From: Macrostomum lignano
Taxonomy: Eukaryota
NCBI GenBank assembly: GCA_002269645.1
Contig: NIVC01000432.1
Coordinates: 341,003-405,002 of the forward strand
DNA: 64,000 nucleotides
Direction: 5' to 3'
The notes below the pieces were generated by a model, which saw nothing but the letters and a program-made list of their open reading frames with translations, made no database searches and was not told the origin of the DNA. The position numbers and the translations under genes are program-made. Shown piece by piece: positions 1-13,750 of this stretch (position 1 is its first letter; each line of letters opens with the position of its first letter).

Positions 1-15
1 TATAAGTAGTATAGG

Positions 16-506
16 TTTTGTCAGCCTAACTGAGAATAAAGCCATCCAAAGTGAGAATCCTGCCTACGCTGACTGCGAAGGGCCGGGCTGCGTGCAGCCT
101 TAGTCTATGGGCCATAGACTATAAAGGATAAGCAAAGTGATAAAAAGCCATCCAATGTGAGAATCCTGCCTACGCTGAATACGAAGGGCCTAGCTGCGTC
201 CAGCCTAGTCTATGAGCCATAGACTATAAAGGACAAGCAAAGTTTTAAAAAGACATCATCCAGTGTGTTCCTGTTTCCGTTATTCCGTTCAAGCTATTGG
301 CTAGTCATATGGCTCAGAAGGTATAAAAAAAAAAGAATACGACGCATAGACCAATCGATTCTCATATTGGATGGCTTTTTATCACTTTGCTTGTCCTTTA
401 TTGTCTATGGCCCATAGACTAAGGCTGCACGCAGCCAGGCCCTTCGCAGTCAGCGTAGGCAGGATTCTCACTTTGGATGGCTTTATTCTCAGTTAGGCTG
501 ACAAAA
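16..506. mobile_element. Foldback/MITE-like cluster: ~150 bp inverted arms (16-~170 vs ~355-506) built from ~105 bp units bounded by CCATAGAC...GTCTATGG
   Basis: TTTTGTCAGCCTAACTGAGAATAAAGCCATCC at ~16 is the reverse complement of the sequence ending at 506; GTCTATGG-N-CCATAGAC junctions at 103-119 and 403-419; unit duplicated at ~37-146 and ~146-256. Confidence 0.6.
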
Positions 507-608
507 GCAATACTGCTTCTGAATGAATAAGATTTGAATGAGGCGGCCTGAAGCGGCTCTGCGATAATCGCGTCTGAATCTCGCGTCACAAACCCTGGTT
601 CGATTTCG

Positions 609-1232
609 TGCACAAACACATTCCTTTGGGGCTTGTGTGCACACAAACACATTCCTTTGGGGCTTGTGTGCACACAAACACATTCCTTTGGGGCTTGTGT
701 GCACGAACACATTCCTTTGGGGCTTGTGCACACAAACACATTCCTTTGGGGCTTGTGTGCACGAACACATTCCTTTGGGGCTTGTGCACACAAACACATT
801 CCTTTGGGGCTTGTGTGCACACAAACACATTCCTTTGGGGCTTGTGTGCACACAAACACATTCCTTTGGGGCTTGTGCACACAAACACATTCCTTTGGGG
901 CTTGTGCACACAAACACATTCCTTTGGGGCTTGTGTGCACACAAACACATTCCTTTGGGGCTTGTGTGCACACAAACACATTCCTTTGGGGCTTGTGCGC
1001 ACACAAACACATTCCTTTGGGGCTTGTGCACACAAACACATTCCTTTGGGGCTTGTGCACACAAACACATTCCTTTGGGGCTTGTGCACACAAACACATT
1101 CCTTTGGGGCTTGTGTGCACACAAACACATTCCTTTGGGGCTTGTGCACACAAACACATTCCTTTGGGGCTTGTGTGCACACAAACACATTCCTTTGGGG
1201 CTTGTGCACACAAACACATTCCTTCGGGGCTT
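609..1232. repeat. Minisatellite, 30-32 bp unit (GTGCACACAAACACATTCCTTTGGGGCTTGT), ~20 copies
   Basis: Directly visible tandem array; it explains the six overlapping ORFs at 419-1392. Confidence 0.95.
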
Positions 1233-1611
1233 GCTCTGGACCATTTCACCGAATCCTTTGCACCGGGTGCCCGCAGCCCTTGTGCGAATATTTATTTTTT
1301 TTTACGATGAAATGTTCGCCAGCCGCCGTTTCAACGCCCTCTTTAGCGCCTTCATTCGTGATAATCTTGTGCTAAATCTTACTATCGGATAATTTGAGAC
1401 AGAGAGGCGAAGTGTGCGAGGCTGTGGCAGAATTGGGGACTGCGATGAGGGAAGGGCGTGGGATGAAATATTGAGAGAGAGAGAGAGAGAGGACTTCGCA
1501 ACTCGCTTCATTAGCCCCTCATTATGCATAGAGTGATAGATGTGAGCAACGGCTGGCCAACTCTGCCTCTCCCGCCTATCTGTTTTTGCTGCTCTGTGTG
1601 CCTTTTAACTA

Positions 1612-2230
<619 letters not shown>

Positions 2231-2799
2231 CTGACTGTCACAGTTAGTGAGTGTTTGCCCGCCTCAGTCTGTGACTCTCTGTCGGACTTCATCCCTCTAC
2301 TGGGGAGAGCGGGAGGACAGTCTGGGGCGGGGTGGCCGGTCCAATCTGATTTGTGCCCGCCCGCACTGCTTAGCTCTCGCAGCTCCAGGTTCCTCTTGAA
2401 TAATTTTTCTATCCTTAATTTTTCTGCAGACCTCATGCTTTTCACTTTCCCGGCGGGCGGGAGCCACCGTAATGCTAAATAACTGAGCCAACTACATATT
2501 GTTGACCCCTCGTCTCCAAGCTCCAGCCTCGCTTTCCGCCCGGGCACTCTTCTTCTCTACTTCTCCTAAATCTTAATAGGATGCAGTATAGTACAGACAG
2601 ACGTTCTTTTATGCCAAAGAATTATGAGGAAGCGTTGAAGAGGCCGGGCAAGGGCGCGTAAGTGCTTGGGTGCCGATGTGCTGGCGGGTGCCGCAACAGT
2701 AACAGAATGTTACTTCCGGGATCATCTTTATGGTAGATGGTAAAGTACTTTGTAGTCCGCCATGCTTAGAAATGGGTGTAGCTAAGAGTTCTAACCCGT

Positions 2800-3245
2800 C
2801 TGTCATCAGTCTAGTCACAGCCTGACCCAGTCTGTCATCAGTCTAACCACAGCCTGACCCAGTCTGTAATTAGTCTAGTCACAGCTTGACCCAGTCTGTA
2901 ATCAGTCTAGTCACAGCTTGACTCAGTCTGTAATCAGTCTAGTCACAGCTTGACCCAGTCTGTAATCAGTCTAGTCACAGTCTGACCCAGTCTGTAATCA
3001 GTCTAGTCACAGTCTGACCCAGTCTGTAATCAGTCTAGTCACAGCTTGACTCAGTCTGTAATCAGTCTAGTCACAGCTTGACCCAGTCTGTAATCAGTCT
3101 TGTCACAGTCTGACCCAGTCTGTAATCAGTCTAGTCACAGTCTGACCCAGTCTGTAATCAGTCTAGTCACAGCTTGACCCAGTCTGTAATCAGTCTAGTC
3201 ACAGCTTGACCCAGTCTGTAATCAGTCTAGTCACAGTCTGACCCA
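2800..3245. repeat. Minisatellite, 32 bp unit (CAGTCTGTAATCAGTCTAGTCACAGCTTGACC), ending just before the first visible Par-3 acceptor
   Basis: Visible tandem array. Confidence 0.95.
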
Positions 3246-3257
3246 AAATTCTCTCAG

Positions 3258-6200
3258 GCATCGAATCAGACCAGCGGTTCTGAGGGGCCGCAGCAGCTGG
3301 TGTACGCCATGGACATTGTCCTCGGTCAGCAAGCCACCGCTGCTGGCGCCGGCGCTGGCGCCGGTCTGGGCGTCAGCGTCAAGTGCCGGCCAGTCTCCGG
3401 GGCCGAGACCGGCGTCTTCATCAAAACTGTTATCCAAGGCGGAGCCGCTGATTTGGTGAGCAGTTGTTGCTTTTGTTTTTTTACTCTGGCTACCCTGAGT
3501 AGACCCTGGCATCCCTGAGTAGACTCTGGCTTGCCTGAGTAGACTCTGGCATCCCCGAGTAGACTCTGACATCTCTGAGTAGACTATAACATCCCCGAGT
3601 AGACTCTGACATCCCTGAGTAGACTCTGGCTTACCTGAGTAGACTCTGGCTACCCTGAGTAGACTCTGGCATCCCTGAGTAGACTCTGGCTACCCTGAGT
3701 AGACTCTGGCTACCCTGAGTAGACTCTGGCATCCCTGAGTAGACTCTGGCTTGCCTGAGTAGACTCTGACATCCCTGAGTAGACTCTGACATCCCTGAGT
3801 AGACTCTGGCTACCCTGAGTAGACTCTGGCATCCCTGAGTAGACTCTGGCTACCCTGAGTAGACTCTGGCATCCCTGAGTAGACTCTGGCATCCCTGAGT
3901 AGACTCTGGCTACCCTGAGTAGACTCTGGCTACCCTGAGTAGACTCTGGCATCCCTGAGTAGACTCTGACATCTCTGAGTAGACCTTGACATCCCCGAGT
4001 AGATTTTGACATCTATAAATAAAAACGACTGACATGTCTGACATTTATAATAATAATTGACAGGACGGCCGACTTCGAGAAGGCGATCAGCTGCTGTCCG
4101 TGAACGGCACTTCTTTGTCCGGCTTAGGCAGTCCGGCCGCCATGTCTGTCCTGCGCAGGGCTGTCCACGCAGCAGCTGCCTCCTCATCTTCCGTTTCCGC
4201 TTCTAACAACGCCAGCACTTCCGGTTCTTCCTCAGCTTCCGCTTCCTCTTCTGGTCGAGTCCGCCTTTTAGTTGCCAGGCGTTGTCAAGGTCGAATAGTT
4301 CGGCCTTGGACTGCGGCGGCGTCTTCTGCGGCTTCTGCGGCGGGCGCGGCTGCCGTTGCCGCAGCTCCGCCGGCTTACACCCTGGCCGTTGGCAGCGTCG
4401 GCAGCTCCGGCAGCGTCACGGTCAGCGCCGACGTGCACGAGACTCCACCGACGCCTCCGCCGCCGCAGCTGCAACCTCTGCCTTCGTCTGTTTATGCAGA
4501 TATTGGTGCCACCTTTGGGGCGGTGAGTGCTTGCTGTGTCACTGTGCTTGCTGTGTCACACTGTGCTTGCTGTGTCACACTGTGCTTGCTGTGTCACTGT
4601 GCTTGCCGTGTTACTGTGCTTGCTGTGTCACTGTGCTTGCTGTGTCACTGTGCTTGCTGTGTCACACTGTGCTTGCTGTGTCACTGTGTTTGCTGTGTCA
4701 CACTGTGCTTGCTGTGTCACTGTGCTTGCTGTGTCACTGTGCTTGCTGGGTCACTGTGCTTGCTGTGTCACTGTGCTTGCTGTGTCACTGTGTTTGCTGG
4801 GTCACTGTGCTTGCTGTGTCACTGTGCTTGCTGTGTCACACTGTGCTTGCTGTGTCACACTGTGCTTGCTGTGTCACTGTGCTTGGTGTATCACGGTGCT
4901 TACTGTGTGTCTGTCACAGTGCTTTTTTCGTGCCTGTTACAGTGTTCTTTTTGTGTCTGTCACAGTGCCTGTCACAGTGCTTGTTTTGTGTCTGTCCCAG
5001 TGTCTGTCACAGTTCTTGTCACATTGCCTGTCACAGTGCTTGTCACAGTGCCTGTCACAGTGCTTGTCACAGTGCTTGTCACAGTGCTTGTCACAGTGCT
5101 TGTCACAGTGCTTGTCACAGTGCTTGTCACAGTGCTTGTCACAGTGCTTGTCACAGTGCTTGTCACAATGCTTGTCACAGTGCTTGTCACAGTGCTTGTC
5201 ACAGTGCTTGTCACAGTGCTTGTCACAGTGCTTGTCACAGTGCTTGTCACAGTGCTTGTCACAGTGCTTGTCACAGTGCTTGTCACAGTGCTTGTCACAG
5301 TGCTTGTCACAGTGCTTGTCACAGTGCTTGTCACAGTGCTTGCATGCCTTTCTTTTCCGCCTTTCACCGCAGCCGCCTCAGCCTGCACAGAAGCAGAAGC
5401 TATTTGATCGATTCTCAAGTCCCAGCTTCGCCGCTTCCGCCAGCGGCGTCGCTCACCGCGTCCTTGGCCGCGGCGTCGGCGCCGGCGGCCTGTCATCAGC
5501 CAGCCGGTTTCAATCGGCTTCAGTTGACAATCTGCTGTCGGAACGAATCACTGCATTGTAAGAGACTCATCCCGCATGGGATTTAGTCACTCTGTGGGAA
5601 AGGCTTTCATCCCGCTTTAATCTCTGCTTTAAATTTTTGAGAAGCAGCAGTGCCTATTGCGACAGCTAGCTGAGACATCTTGCTTAATTAGTCCCAACAC
5701 GCACACCTGTCAGTTGCATAGCTGTTAAGCACCTGTACGCGGCTTCACGACTGCCTTTAGCCATGCGCATTCTGTCTTCTTCCTACTGCCCAGCGTCTCG
5801 CATTCTGCCCTGCTTACTGCCCTGCCGTCTCCCTCCCTGCCATCTCCCTCCCTGCCATCTCCCTCCCTGCCATCTCCCTCCCTGCCATCTCCCTCCCTGC
5901 CATCTCCCTCCCTGCCATCTCCCTCCCTGCCATCTCCCTCCCTGCCATCTCCCTGCCATCTCCCTCCCTGCCATCTCCCTCCCTGCCATCTCCCTCCCTG
6001 CCATCTCCCTCCCTGCCATCTCTCTCCCTACCTCTCTGCGTCTCTCCCTACCTCTCTGCGTCTTTCTCTCTACCTCTCTGCGTCTCTCTCTCTACCTCTC
6101 TGCGTCTCTCCCTACCTCTCTGCGTCTTTCTCTCTACCTCTCTGCGTCTCTCTCTCTACCTCTCTGCGTCTCTCCCTACCTCTCTGCGTCTCTCTCTCTA

Positions 6201-9200
6201 CCTCTCTGTGTCTCTCCCTACCTCTCTGCGTCTCTCTCTCTACCTCTCTGCGTCTCTCTCCCTACCTCTCTGCGTCTCTCTCTCTACCTCTCTGTGTCTC
6301 TCCCTACCTCTCTGCGTCTCTCTCTCTACCTCTCTGCGTCTTTCTCCCTACCTCTCTGCGTCTTTCTCTCTACCTCTCTGCGTCTCTCCCTACCTCTCTG
6401 CGTCTCTCTCTCTACCTCTCTGTGTCTCTCCCTACCTCTCTGCGTCTCTCTCTCTACCTCTCTGCGTCTCTCTCCCTACCTCTCTGCGTCTCTCTCTCTA
6501 CCTCTCTGTGTCTCTCCCTACCTCTCTGCGTCTCTCTCTCTACCTCTCTGCGTCTTTCTCCCTACCTCTCTGCGTCTTTCTCTCTACCTCTCTGCGTCTC
6601 TCCCTACCTCTCTGCGTCTCTCCCTACCTCTCTGCGTCTCTCTCTCTACCTCTCTGTGTCTCTCCCTACCTCTCTGCGTCTCTCTCTCTACCTCTCTGCG
6701 TCTCTCTCTCTACCTCTCTGCGTCTCTCCCTACCTCTCTGCGTCTTTCTCTCTACCTCTCTGCGTCTCTCTCTCTACCTCTCTGCGTCTCTCCCTACCTC
6801 TCTGCGTCTTTCTCTCTACCTCTCTGCGTCTCTCTCTCTACCTCTCTGTGTCTCTCTCTCTACCTCTCTGCGTCTCTCTCTCTTCCTGTCGTTACCATCT
6901 GTCTGAATTTCTTTCTCATTTCTTACTGTTTATTTTCCCCTACCAACCAATTATTAATTAAAGTCTGTTGTCCCCGTACATTCGTATTGCTCATATAACT
7001 AACCTACCTCTCAGAGACTCGGAGTTCGGTCCGTCTCCGTTCATCCGCGACAGCCTCGGCCGCCGGTCAATGAGCGAGAAAAAAACCGGAGCCTGCGGCG
7101 GCTTCGTTGACCCCAGGCAGCTGACCTTCTATCAGGAGCTGCAGCTCAAGAAGTCGATGAACGACCTGAGCGGTGAGGATGGCTGATCTTTTGGCGACTC
7201 CGTTTGCATGAGCTGGACCTGTCACTTAATCTCTCTTGATGATCTTGTCTCTGTATCACCACATATCTAATCTCATCTAATCTCGTATCTCATAACATCT
7301 AATCTAATCTCATCCCTTATCTTATCCTATCTAATCTAGTCTCGTATCTCATCCTACCTAATCTAATCTCATATCCCATACTATCTAATCTAATCTCGTA
7401 TATCATCTCATCCCATCTAATCCAGCCTCGTATTTCATCCCATCTAGTCTAGTCTCGTATCTCAACTTATCTAATCTAATCTTGTATCTTATCCAATCCA
7501 ATCTAATCTCATATTTCAACTTATCTAATCTAATCTCGTATCTCATACCTTCTAATCTAGTCTCGTATCTTATACCATCTAGTCTAGTCTCGTATCTTAT
7601 ACCATCTAGTCTAGTCTCGTATCTTATACCATCTAGTCTAGTCTCGTATCTTATCCAATCTAATATAATCTCATATCTCAACTTATCTAATCTAATCTCG
7701 TATCTCATACCATCTAGTCTAGTCTCGTATCTTATACCATCTAGTCTAGTCTCGGATCTTATCCAATCTAATCTAATCTCATATCTCAACTTATCTAATC
7801 TAATCTCGTATCTTATACCATCTAATCTAGTCTCGTATCTTATACCATCTAGTCTAGTCTCGTATCTTATACCATCTAGTCTAGTCTCGTATCTTATACC
7901 ATCTAGTCTAGTCTCGTATCTTATCCAATCTAATCTAATCTCATATCTCAACTTATCTAATCTAATCTCGTATCTCATACCTTCTAATCTAGTCTCGTAT
8001 CTTATACCATCTAGTCTAGTCTCGTATCTTATACCATCTAGTCTAGTCTCGTATCTTATACCATCTAGTCTAGTCTCGTATCTTATACCATCTAGTCTAG
8101 TCTCGTATCTTATCCAATCTAATCTAATCTCATATCTCAACTTATCTAATCTAATCTCGTATCTCATCCCATCTAATTTAGTCTCGTATTTCATCCCATC
8201 TAATCTAGCTATACATTTTATCTCCTATTGCTGCAGCGTGGTTCGTAAACACAGCGGGGATGTGAGGGTCGCCCATTCCACTATATATCTTACCGCATAT
8301 CATCTATCTGATATCTGATATCGGATATCGTCTCGTCTTGTACCTTTTCTCGTAGTACTTTTTCTCTTTTTATCTAACCCCATGTCATCTCATCTCATCT
8401 CAATTTTCTCCTATTTTTCAACGAGCTACTGAGTTCATCTCTTTGATTTGCGCATTACCCGGCAAATGGGAAATTAATTCCCTCAGAGCTCTCAGATATC
8501 CCTCGCCACCACCACAAACTTCCTCTCATCCCAGACAGCATCCAATAACTTCACAATTTCTATCCTCTTCATCACTTTCTAAGCCATGCGCGGTTATGAC
8601 TGTGCCAATGATTATTGAAATTATATTATAATAACTACCAATCAGTTTTATTGCGCCCTGCCAGACCGAATGCCCGAATGCGGTGTGCGCCCCCGCTGAG
8701 CTTATCCGAAATAATAGTAGCTATTGGGACTCTAAGAGCTCTTGTGTGTTGTTAATCTAGCCAATTCCCGACACATAGGAAGATTCTGGCATGTTCCTAA
8801 GCTAAAAATAGCTTTCAAGGGCCATGCTGCAGTTTATTTATTAATAGACAGAACCGTAGTTAGAACAGGAAGGAGTTTCACCTGTTGGCACTGGTCGGAC
8901 ACCAGCTAGACAGACAGGTGGCTAGAACAGGTAGGAGGCTCACCTGTTGTCACTGGTCACTGAACACCTCTTAGACAGACAGGTGGCTAGAACAGGTAGG
9001 AGGCTCACCTGTTGTCACTGGTCACTGAACACCTGTTAGACAGACAGGTGGCTAGAACAGGTAGGAGTCTCACCTGTTGGCACGGGTCACTGAACACCTG
9101 TTAGACAGACAGGTGGCTAGAACAGGTAGGAGTCTCACCTGTTGGCACTGGTCACTGAACACCTGTTAGACAGACAGGTGGCTAGAACAGGTAGGAGTCT

Positions 9201-12200
9201 CACCTGTTGTCACTGGTCACTGGACACCTGTTAGACAGACAGGTTAGACAGACTGGACGCCTGATAGACAGACTCACAGGTAGCTAGAACAGGAAGGAGT
9301 CTCACCTGTTGGCACTGGTCACTGAACACCTGTTAGACAGACAGGTTAGACAGACTGGACACCTGATAGACAGACTCACAGGTAGCTAGAACAGGAAGGA
9401 GTCTCACCTGTTGGCACTGGTCACTGAACACCTGTTAGACAGACAGGTTAGACAGACTGGACACCTGATAGACAGACTCACAGGTAGCTAGAACAGGAAG
9501 GAGTCTCACCTGTTGGCACTGGTCACTGAACACCTGTTAGACAGACAGGTAGCTAGAACAGGTAGGAGTCTCACCTGTTGTCACTGGTCACTGAACACCT
9601 GTTAGACAGACAGGTGGCTAGAACAGGTAGGAGTCTCACCTGTTGTCACTGGTCACTGAACACCTGTTAGACAGACAGGTGGCTAGAACAGGTAGGAGGC
9701 TCACCTGTTGTCACTGGTCACTGAACACCTTTTAGACAGACAGGTGGCTAGAACAGGTATGAGTCTCACTTGTTGTCACTGGTCACTGAACACCTGTTAG
9801 ACAGACAGGTGGCTAGAACAGGTAGGAGTCTCACCTGTTGTCACTGGTCACTGAACACCTGTTAGACAGACAGGTGGCTAGAACAGGTATGAGTCTCACT
9901 TGTTGTCACTGGTCACTGAACACCTGTTAGACAGACAGGTGGCTAGAACAGGTAGGAGTCTCACCTGTTGTCACTGGTCACTGAACACCTGTTAGACAGA
10001 CAGGTGGCTAGAACAGGTATGAGTCTCACTTGTTGTCACTGGTCACTGGACACCAGCTAGACAGACAGGTGGCTAGAACAGGTATTTCTTACTAACAAAC
10101 CCAAGCAAGCAATGCTTCTCCCATTTGTAGGCCGAGCCCCCAGTTCCGGTCACACGCCAGTGATTCGACAAACTCGAACAACAGACCAGCAGCAGCAGCA
10201 GCAGAGCAACACTCTGCGCAGGGCGGTGAGCACAGACTCAGTGCCGCTGCTGCCGCCGAGGCGAAGGCCGCAAAGCGTGGCCAGCCGCAGTCAGGCTTCG
10301 TCGCCAGCTTCCAGCGTCGTCGGCGGCGCACCTGCTGACGCCTACGAGACCGCCACCCTGCCCGCTGGCAGCTCCGCCGTCGCCAATGCCGCCGCTGTGA
10401 CTTCGTCAAATTCGCCTACGACGCCGAGAACGACTGGCACAGGGAGCGGCGGAAACGGCGGCCGAGGCGGCGGAGGCGGACACTGGTGGCGTGGCCGGCT
10501 GCCTCAGCAGCAGCAGGCCTCCGCTAGCGGAGACCAGGCCAAGAGCCGCGGCTTCCTTCGCGGCCTGTTCAGGTATTCTATCTCCTGATTTCAGCGATAC
10601 AAGACTTTATCAGTCACTCACCTGTCTGATCACTCCATCGGTCACTCACCTGTCTGATCACTCCACCGGTCACTCACCTGTCTGATCACTCCACCGGTCA
10701 CTCACCTGTCTGATCACTCCATCGGTCACTCACCTGTCTGATCACTCCACCGGTCACTCACCTGTCTGATCACTCCATCGGTCACTCACCTGTCTGATCA
10801 CTCCATCGGTCACTCACCTGTCTAATCACTCCACCGGTCACTCACCTGTCTGATCACTCCACCGGTCACTCACCTGTCTGATCACTCCACCGGTCACTCA
10901 CCTGTCTGATCACTCCATCGGTCACTCACCTGTCTGATCACTTCACCGGTCACTCACCTGTCTGATCATTCCACCGGTCACTCACCTGTCTGATCACTCC
11001 ATCGGTCACTCACCTGTCTGATCACTTCACCGGTCACTCACCTGTCTGATCACTCCACCGGTCACTCACCTGTCTGATCACTCCACCGGTCACTCACCTG
11101 TCTCATCATTCCATCGGTCATTCAACTGTTTCATCACTCCATCAGTCACTCACCTGTTTCATCACTCCATCAGTCACTCACCTGTTTTATCACTCCATCA
11201 GTCACTCACCTGTCTCATCACTCCATCGGTCACTCGCCTGTCTCATCACTCCATCAGTCACTCACCTGTCTTATCACTCCATCGGGCACTCGCCTGTCTC
11301 ATCACTCCACCAATGACTCACCTGTCTCATCACTCCACCAATGACTCACCTGTCTCATCACTCCACCAATGACTCACCTGTCTGATCACTCCACCAATGA
11401 CTCACCTGTCTCATCACTGCACTAAGCAGGGATTGTGAAATTTTTATGCGAATAATCATAAATTAATTTTTATTTGCATCTAAAATTTCTATATTGTGAT
11501 TAGTATATGTTATTATTTTAGTCCAACTTTAAGTCTAATTAGTTAGCCTAAGATTACAGCAGACCTGTCTCTTGTCAAATCTCTCTCATCGACTACTGCT
11601 TCAGATCTTTTAGTCAGAGGCTCAGGTACATGTTAAACTGTTGCTGTGCCACTCCCTATGCGTCAATTTGGAATAGTGTGTTTTTTACCTGCCCAATATT
11701 GAATTACGAGTATGTTGCACTTAACAATGACTACATTTTTTTAGATATTAATTTCCAATTGCCAGTATCTTTGTGTGTGTCCTGTAGAGTGCAGTGCACA
11801 TGACAGACCCACACCGACTTATCAGTAATATTTGTTGGTAGGTTAATGCTAGGTTCATTTCACCCTCACTTCTCTGACACTTCTCACAGTGTAACTGTGT
11901 TGTCTTTCACTCTAAATTATCTATTATTGATTCCCTCTAAATATCTGTCTGTCACACGGAATCTGTCACTCTCTAGCAGTCTCTCCCGTCTGTCACACGG
12001 AATCTGTCACTCTCTAGCAGTCTCTCCCGTCTGTCACACGGAATCTATCACTCTCTAGCAGTCTCTCCCGTCTGTCACACGGAATCTGTCACTCTCTAGC
12101 AGTCTCTCCCGTCTGTCACATGGAATCTGTCACTCTCTAGCAGTCTCTTCCGTCTGTCACTCGGAATCTGTCACTCTCTAGCAGTCTCTTTTGTCTGTCA

Positions 12201-13475
12201 CTCGGAATCTGTCACTCTCTAGCAGTCTCTTCCGTCTGTCACATGGAATCTGTCACTCTCTAGCAGTCTCTTTTGTCTGTCACATGGAATCTGTCACTCT
12301 CTAGCAGTCTCTTCCGTCTGTCACATGGAATCTGTCACTCTCTAGCAGTCTGTTTTGTCCGTCACTCGGAATCTGTCACTCTCTAGCAGTCTCTTCCGTC
12401 TGTCACATGGAATCTGTCACTCTCTAGCAGTCTCTTTTGTCTGTCACTCGGAATCTGTCACTCTCTAGCAGTCTCTTCCGTCCGTCACACGGAATCTGTC
12501 ACTCTCTAGCAGTCTGTTTTGTCTGTCACTCGGAATCTGTCACTCTCTAGCAGTCTCTTTTGTCTGTCACTCGGAATCTGTCACTCTCTAGCAGTCTCTT
12601 CCGTCCGTCACACGGAATCTGTCACTCTCTAGCAGTCTGTTTTGTCTGTCACTCGGAATCTGTCACTCTCTAGCAGTCTCTTCCGTCCGTCACACGGAAT
12701 CTGTCACTCTCTAGCAGTCTCTTCCGTCTGTCACTCGGAATCTGTCACTCTCTAGCAGTCTCTTCCGTCTGTCACATGGAATCTGTCACTCTCTAGCAGT
12801 CTCTTCCGTCTGTCACTCGGAATCTGTCACTCTCTAGCAGTCTCTTCCGTCTGTCACACGGAATCTGTCACTCTCTAGCAGTCTGTTTTGTCCGTCACAC
12901 GGAATCTGTCACTCTCTAGCAGTCTCTTGTCTGTCACTCGGAATCTGTCACTCTCTAGCAGTCTCTTCCGTCTGTCACACGGAATCTGTCACTCTCTAGC
13001 AGTGTGTTTTGTCTGTCACTCTTTAGTCTGTCACTCTAACTTATCATTCTCACTTGACTTTCACTCTAAACCTATTTATACACGCCTATCACTACCCTAG
13101 ACCCGTTTTACCATCACCTGTCATTATCCAATCCATTTTATTATGCGCTATCATGTCTGTCACACTCGCTGTCACTCTCCCGTGCGCTCTAGACTCGCCA
13201 GGCCGCTTCGTCCAGCCTCGACGGCTGGAGCGACCTCCTCAGCCTCCGCCAAGCCGCAGGCCGCGCCCGCAGCCACTGTGTCCGCCTCCGCTCAGACAGA
13301 GGATCCTGCGCCTCTGCCGCCCAACTCTGCGCAGCCTCCGCCTCCGCCGCTACCTGAACCGTTGCTAGGCGGTTGTCAGGCGGCGTCAGGCAGTTCAAAC
13401 GAGGGCCTCTACGCTACCGTGTTGCGCAACCGCCGGCTGCATCGCCTGGCTGACGGGGACCCACTGACTCACTGA
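3258..13475 (+). CDS. PARD3: Par-3/bazooka polarity scaffold, 3' portion (PDZ3, aPKC-binding CR3, low-complexity C-terminus); 5' exons not found in window
   Basis: Phase-consistent GT-AG exons 3258-3455, 4064-4522, 5373-5557, 7015-7172, 10131-10572, 13193-13475. GLGVSVK...[15 protein letters not shown]|[18 protein letters not shown]...AMSVLRRAV...VRLLVARR matches Par-3 PDZ3; [15 protein letters not shown] matches the Par-3 CR3 motif (FQREGFGRQSMSEKR-type). Confidence 0.88.
3495..4010. repeat. Intronic minisatellite, 20 bp unit (CTGAGTAGACTCTGGCATCC)
   Basis: Fills Par-3 intron 3456-4063. Confidence 0.95.
4530..5342. repeat. Intronic compound minisatellite: 17/19 bp GTGTCACTGTGCTTGCT grading into 12 bp TGTCACAGTGCT
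   Basis: Fills intron 4523-5372. Confidence 0.95.
5820..6880. repeat. Pyrimidine-rich intronic minisatellites: 15 bp CTGCCATCTCCCTCC then ~18-22 bp CTACCTCTCTGCGTCTCTC
   Basis: Fills intron 5558-7014. Confidence 0.93.
7260..8200. repeat. Intronic minisatellite based on TCTAG/TCTAA pentamers (~27 bp sub-units with higher-order blocks)
   Basis: Visible tandem array; source of the spurious YETRLDGIR ORFs. Confidence 0.92.
8870..10082. repeat. Intronic minisatellite, ~64 bp unit (GACAGACAGGTGGCTAGAACAGGTAGGAGTCTCACCTGTTGTCACTGGTCACTGAACACCTGTTA)
   Basis: Visible tandem array ending ~50 bp before the acceptor at 10130. Confidence 0.93.
10610..11415. repeat. Intronic minisatellite, 27 bp unit (TGATCACTCCACCGGTCACTCACCTGTC-type)
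   Basis: Visible tandem array starting ~40 bp after the donor at 10573. Confidence 0.95.
11945..13020. repeat. Intronic minisatellite, ~40 bp unit (CTGTCACACGGAATCTGTCACTCTCTAGCAGTCTCTTCCGT-type)
   Basis: Visible tandem array. Confidence 0.95.
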
Positions 13476-13750
13476 CCCGCTGACCTGCCTGTCCTGACCC
13501 ACCAACTTGACCCACCGACTCACTGACCCGCTGACCTGCCTGTCCTGACCCACCAACTTGACCCACCGACTCACTGACCCGCTGACCTACCTCTCCTGAC
13601 CCACCAACTTGACCTACCGACTCACTGACCCACTAACCTGCCTGTCCTGACCCACCAACTTGACCCACTGACTCACTGACCCGCTGACCTGCCTGTCCTG
13701 ACCCACCAACTTGACCCACTGACTCACTGACCCGCTGACTTACCTGTCCT
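13460..13750. repeat. Minisatellite, ~52 bp unit, overlapping the putative Par-3 stop codon
   Basis: CCACTGACTCACTGACCCGCTGACCTGCCTGTCCTGACCCACCAACTTGAC repeated ~5.5 times. Confidence 0.93.

Noticed and set aside
2601-2658. Candidate upstream Par-3 exon (MPKNYEEALKRPGKG, GTAAGT donor)
   Set aside because: It ends in phase 2 while the PDZ exon at 3258 needs phase 0; the other frames contain stops.
4527-8318. Cys-rich, SL-rich and YETRLDG ORFs
   Set aside because: Entirely repeat-derived and located inside phase-consistent Par-3 introns.
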